From the NCBI GenBank assembly GCA_951406725.2, contig OX597819.1, positions 89,590,001-89,654,000 of the forward strand: DNA of 64,000 nt, read 5' to 3'. Below the pieces are notes generated by a model that did no database searches, had not been told where the DNA came from, and worked only from the letters and a program-made list of their open reading frames with translations. A program made the position numbers and the translations under genes. Below, one piece after another: positions 53,520 to 64,000 of this stretch (its first letter is position 1; each line of letters opens with the position of its first letter). Source of the DNA: Octopus vulgaris (taxonomy: Eukaryota).

Positions 53520-54267
53520 GAGAAGACAGGAAGATATTAAGGCTAATTAGAAGACAGAGTTCTTGAAAAGAAATATTAACAATATTAAAGTTTGTGTAAA
53601 AACGTTATTTGGGTAAAAACGTTATTTAATCTTAAGGCTAATTAGGAGATAGAGTATCTGAAAATATATTAGCAATATTAATATTATATTAGAGTGTGGG
53701 TAAAAAAACGTTATTTAATCTTAAGGCTAATTTGGAGATAGAGTATCTGAAAATATATTAGCAATATTAATATTATATTAGAGTGTGGGTAATATTAAAC
53801 GTTATTTAATTTAATCTTAAGGCTGATTAGAAGACAGAGTATCTGAAAAATTATATATACAATATTAAGCAATATTAACCGTTATTTAATTTAATCTTAA
53901 GGCTAATTAGACGTTATTAATATTAAACGTTATTTAATTTAATCTTAAGGCTAATTAGAAGATAGAGTATCTGAAAATATATTAGCAATATTAATATTAT
54001 ATTAGAGTGTGGATAAAAACGTTATTTAATCTTAAGGCTAATCAGGAGATAGAGTATCTGAAAATATATTAGCAATGTTAATATTATATTAGAGTGTGGG
54101 TAATATTAAACGTTATTTAATTTAATCTTAAGGCTAATTAGAAGATAGAGTATCTGAAGAAGTATTAACAATATTAAAACAATATTAAACGTTATTTAAT
54201 TTAATCTTAAGGCTAATTAACAATAATTATTAACAATATTAAACAATATTAAACGTTATTTAATTTA
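53520..54267. repeat. AT-rich tandem repeat (units ~45-90 bp) upstream of the LINE ORF
   Basis: Repeating AACGTTATTTAATTTAATCTTAAGGCTAATTAGAAGATAGAGTATCTGAAAA; the same repeat resumes at 61892. Confidence 0.9.
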
Positions 54268-54381
54268 NNNNNNNNNNNNNNNNNNNNNNNNNNNNNNNNN
54301 NNNNNNNNNNNNNNNNNNNNNNNNNNNNNNNNNNNNNNNNNNNNNNNNNNNNNNNNNNNNNNNNNNNGAGCAACCAGTATG

Positions 54382-58078
<3,697 letters not shown>

Positions 58079-58126
58079 TATATAACTAACTATACATATA
58101 TATATAATATATATATATATAAATAT

Positions 58127-58467
<341 letters not shown>

Positions 58468-58546
58468 CTACATATATATATAACTATATATATATAACTA
58501 TATATATATATATAACTATATATATATATATAACTATATATATATA

Positions 58547-58645
<99 letters not shown>

Positions 58646-58647
58646 TA

Positions 58648-58808
<161 letters not shown>

Positions 58809-58813
58809 CTATA

Positions 58814-58850
<37 letters not shown>

Positions 58851-58854
58851 TTTT

Positions 58855-61262
<2,408 letters not shown>

Positions 61263-61441
61263 AAACAATTGCAGCGTGGGAGGTGTTTATAAGCCATTTA
61301 AGAAACTATGTTATGTATGTATGTATGTATGTATGTATGTATGTATGTATGTATGTATGTATGTATGTATACATGTATGTATGTATGTATGTATGTATGT
61401 ATGTATGTATGTATGTATGTATGTATGTATGTATGTGTATG

Positions 61442-61508
<67 letters not shown>

Positions 61509-61891
61509 ACAGGAAGTCACCAACGGTGCAAATAACATGAAATACTTAAACAAACGAGTTAAATAGGTAAACACAGAGAAAGGACCCTTCATCAGTTGTC
61601 GGCTGTCTATACACACACACATCACATACACATGCATACATACATACATACATACATACATACATACATACATACATACATACATACATACATACATACA
61701 TACATACATACATACATACATACATACATTCATACAACACAAACCCAAGGCACACAGAGCTGCGCTCGGTAGTGCAGTGAAAGCACGTGATNNNNNNNNN
61801 NNNNNNNNNNNNNNNNNNNNNNNNNNNNNNNNNNNNNNNNNNNNNNNNNNNNNNNNNNNNNNNNNNNNNNNNNNNNNNNNNNNNNNNNNNN

Positions 61892-63484
61892 ATCCTAAGG
61901 CTAATTAATAATAATTATTAACAATATTAAACGTTATTTAATTTAATCCTAAGGCTAATTAACAATAATTATTAACAATATTAAACGTTATTTAATTTAA
62001 TCCTAAGGCTAATTAGACGTTATTAATATTAAACGTTATTTAATTTAATCTTAAGGCTAATTAGAAGATAGAGTATCTGAAAAATTATTAACAATATTAA
62101 AACAATATTAAACGTTATTTAATTTAATCTTAAGGCTAATTAACAATAATTATTAACAATATTAAACTATATTAAACGTTATTTAATTTAATCCTAAGGC
62201 TAATTTGACGGTATCAATATTAAACGTTATTTAATTTAATCTTAAGGCTAATTAGAAGATAGAGTATCTGGAAAATTATTATATCGAGAACAGTTATTGA
62301 AAATGTAAACAAACCAAATGACGATCGCAACTTTAACTAAGATGTGGGCCTAAGTGAAAGATAAAATAGAATAATAAATAAAATATGAAATAGATGAAAT
62401 TGATACTTAATCCAACAATGTGGTCTGGATAATTTTTTTGGTTTACGGGATTTTTTTTCGGGAGAGATGCTTCTTTTTCTTTCTTGCAGGAGATAACTTG
62501 ATTCAGTTATTTTTGCACCATGTGCGTTTCGGCGAAAACTATATTAAACGTTATTTAATTTAATCCTAAGGCTAATTTGACGGTATCAATATTAAACGTT
62601 ATTTAATTTAATCTTAAGGCTAATTAGAAGATAGGTATCTGGAAAATTATTATATCGAGAACAGTTATTGAAAATGTAAACAAACCAAATGACGATCGCA
62701 ACTTTAACTAAGATGTGGGCCTAAGTGAAAGATAAAATAGAATAATAAATAAAATATGAAATAGATGAAATTGATACTTAATCCAACAATGTGGTCTGGA
62801 TAATTTTTTGGTTTACGGGATTTTTTTTCGGGAGAGATGCTTCTTTTTTTCTTTCTTGCAGGAGATAACTTGATTCAGTTATTTTTGCACCATGTGCGTT
62901 TCGGCGAAAACTATATTAAACGTTATTTAATTTAATCCTAAGGCTAATTTGACGGTATCAATATTAAACGTTATTTAATTTAATCTTAAGGCTAATTAGA
63001 AGATAGAGTATCTGGAAAATTATTATATCGAGAACAGTTATTGAAAATGTAAACAAACCAAATGACGATCGCAACTTTAACTAAAAGATGTGGGCCTAAG
63101 TGAAAGATAAAATAGAATAATAAATAAAATATGAAATAGATGAAATTGATACTTAATCCAACAATGTGGTCTGGATAATTTTTTTTTTTTTTTTTGGTTT
63201 ACGGGATTTTTTTCGGGAGAGATGCTTCTTTTTCTTTCTTGCAGGGAGATAACTTGATTCAGTTATTTTTGCACCATGTGCGTTTCGGCGAAAATGAAAA
63301 GTACTGTGTATATGTATATATTTATATATATATTTTTTTAAAAATATTTTTAACCAAAGTGTTGTAGTGATCTCTATGACTTAGAGTTTTACGTTTTACA
63401 ACTACAGTGGGTTATTTCGCCGTTCTATGCAGACTTTTTCACAGAGCAAAGGCAATCACGTCTTTCTCTGCTGAAAACGGAACC
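61892..63484 (-). repeat. Probable LINE 5' region: short repeats plus three ~372-384-bp monomers (62167-62538, 62539-62910, 62911-63294) and a unique 5' cap segment
   Basis: Shares the AACGTTATTTAATTTAATCTTAAGGCTAATT unit and orientation with 53520-54267; ends sharply at (TA)n at 63485. Confidence 0.75.
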
Positions 63485-63502
63485 ATATATATATATATAT
63501 AT

Positions 63503-63977
<475 letters not shown>

Positions 63978-64000
63978 CACACACACATATATATATATAT

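Noticed and set aside
53520-54267. CRISPR-like array
   Set aside because: No unique spacers, eukaryotic context, no cas genes; it is a degenerate tandem repeat
61505-61610. CTGATGA-containing segment (-)
   Set aside because: No downstream GAAA/UH or stem I partner found
62465-62490. Splice-acceptor-like polypyrimidine-CAG in each monomer (+)
   Set aside because: No coding exon or donor follows, and it is antisense to the LINE; unsupported without transcript data

Overview
Eukaryotic, AT-rich, repeat-dominated window with six ~100-N scaffold gaps. The SINE families point to an Octopus (cephalopod) genome, which is an inference. I found no host protein-coding gene; nearly all long ORFs in the track are translations of (TA)n/(TACA)n/(CA)n microsatellites. 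The first ~25 kb holds old tRNA-derived SINEs (CORE-type and Meta-type), relics of RTE LINEs, a hAT relic and MITE, and a dead mariner. From 25 to 64 kb, young retroelements sit embedded in very long (TA)n arrays. These include two Naiad-like Penelope-like elements (PLEs; RT plus GIY-YIG, one as a head-to-head inverted pair), a third PLE fragment, and several CR1-group LINE copies. One LINE is apparently full length, with an N-terminal Myb/trihelix plus CCCH module and a tandem-monomer 5' region. The most striking signal is invisible to the ORF track. There are about 15 type I hammerhead ribozyme motifs from about 9 sequence-distinct families, most with a short palindromic stem III. They lie in non-coding elements built as inverted repeats or as a ~535-bp tandem array (42.0-43.5 kb) resembling a non-LTR retrozyme that could yield self-cleaved or circular RNA monomers. 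All calls were made by eye; no database search or folding was run.
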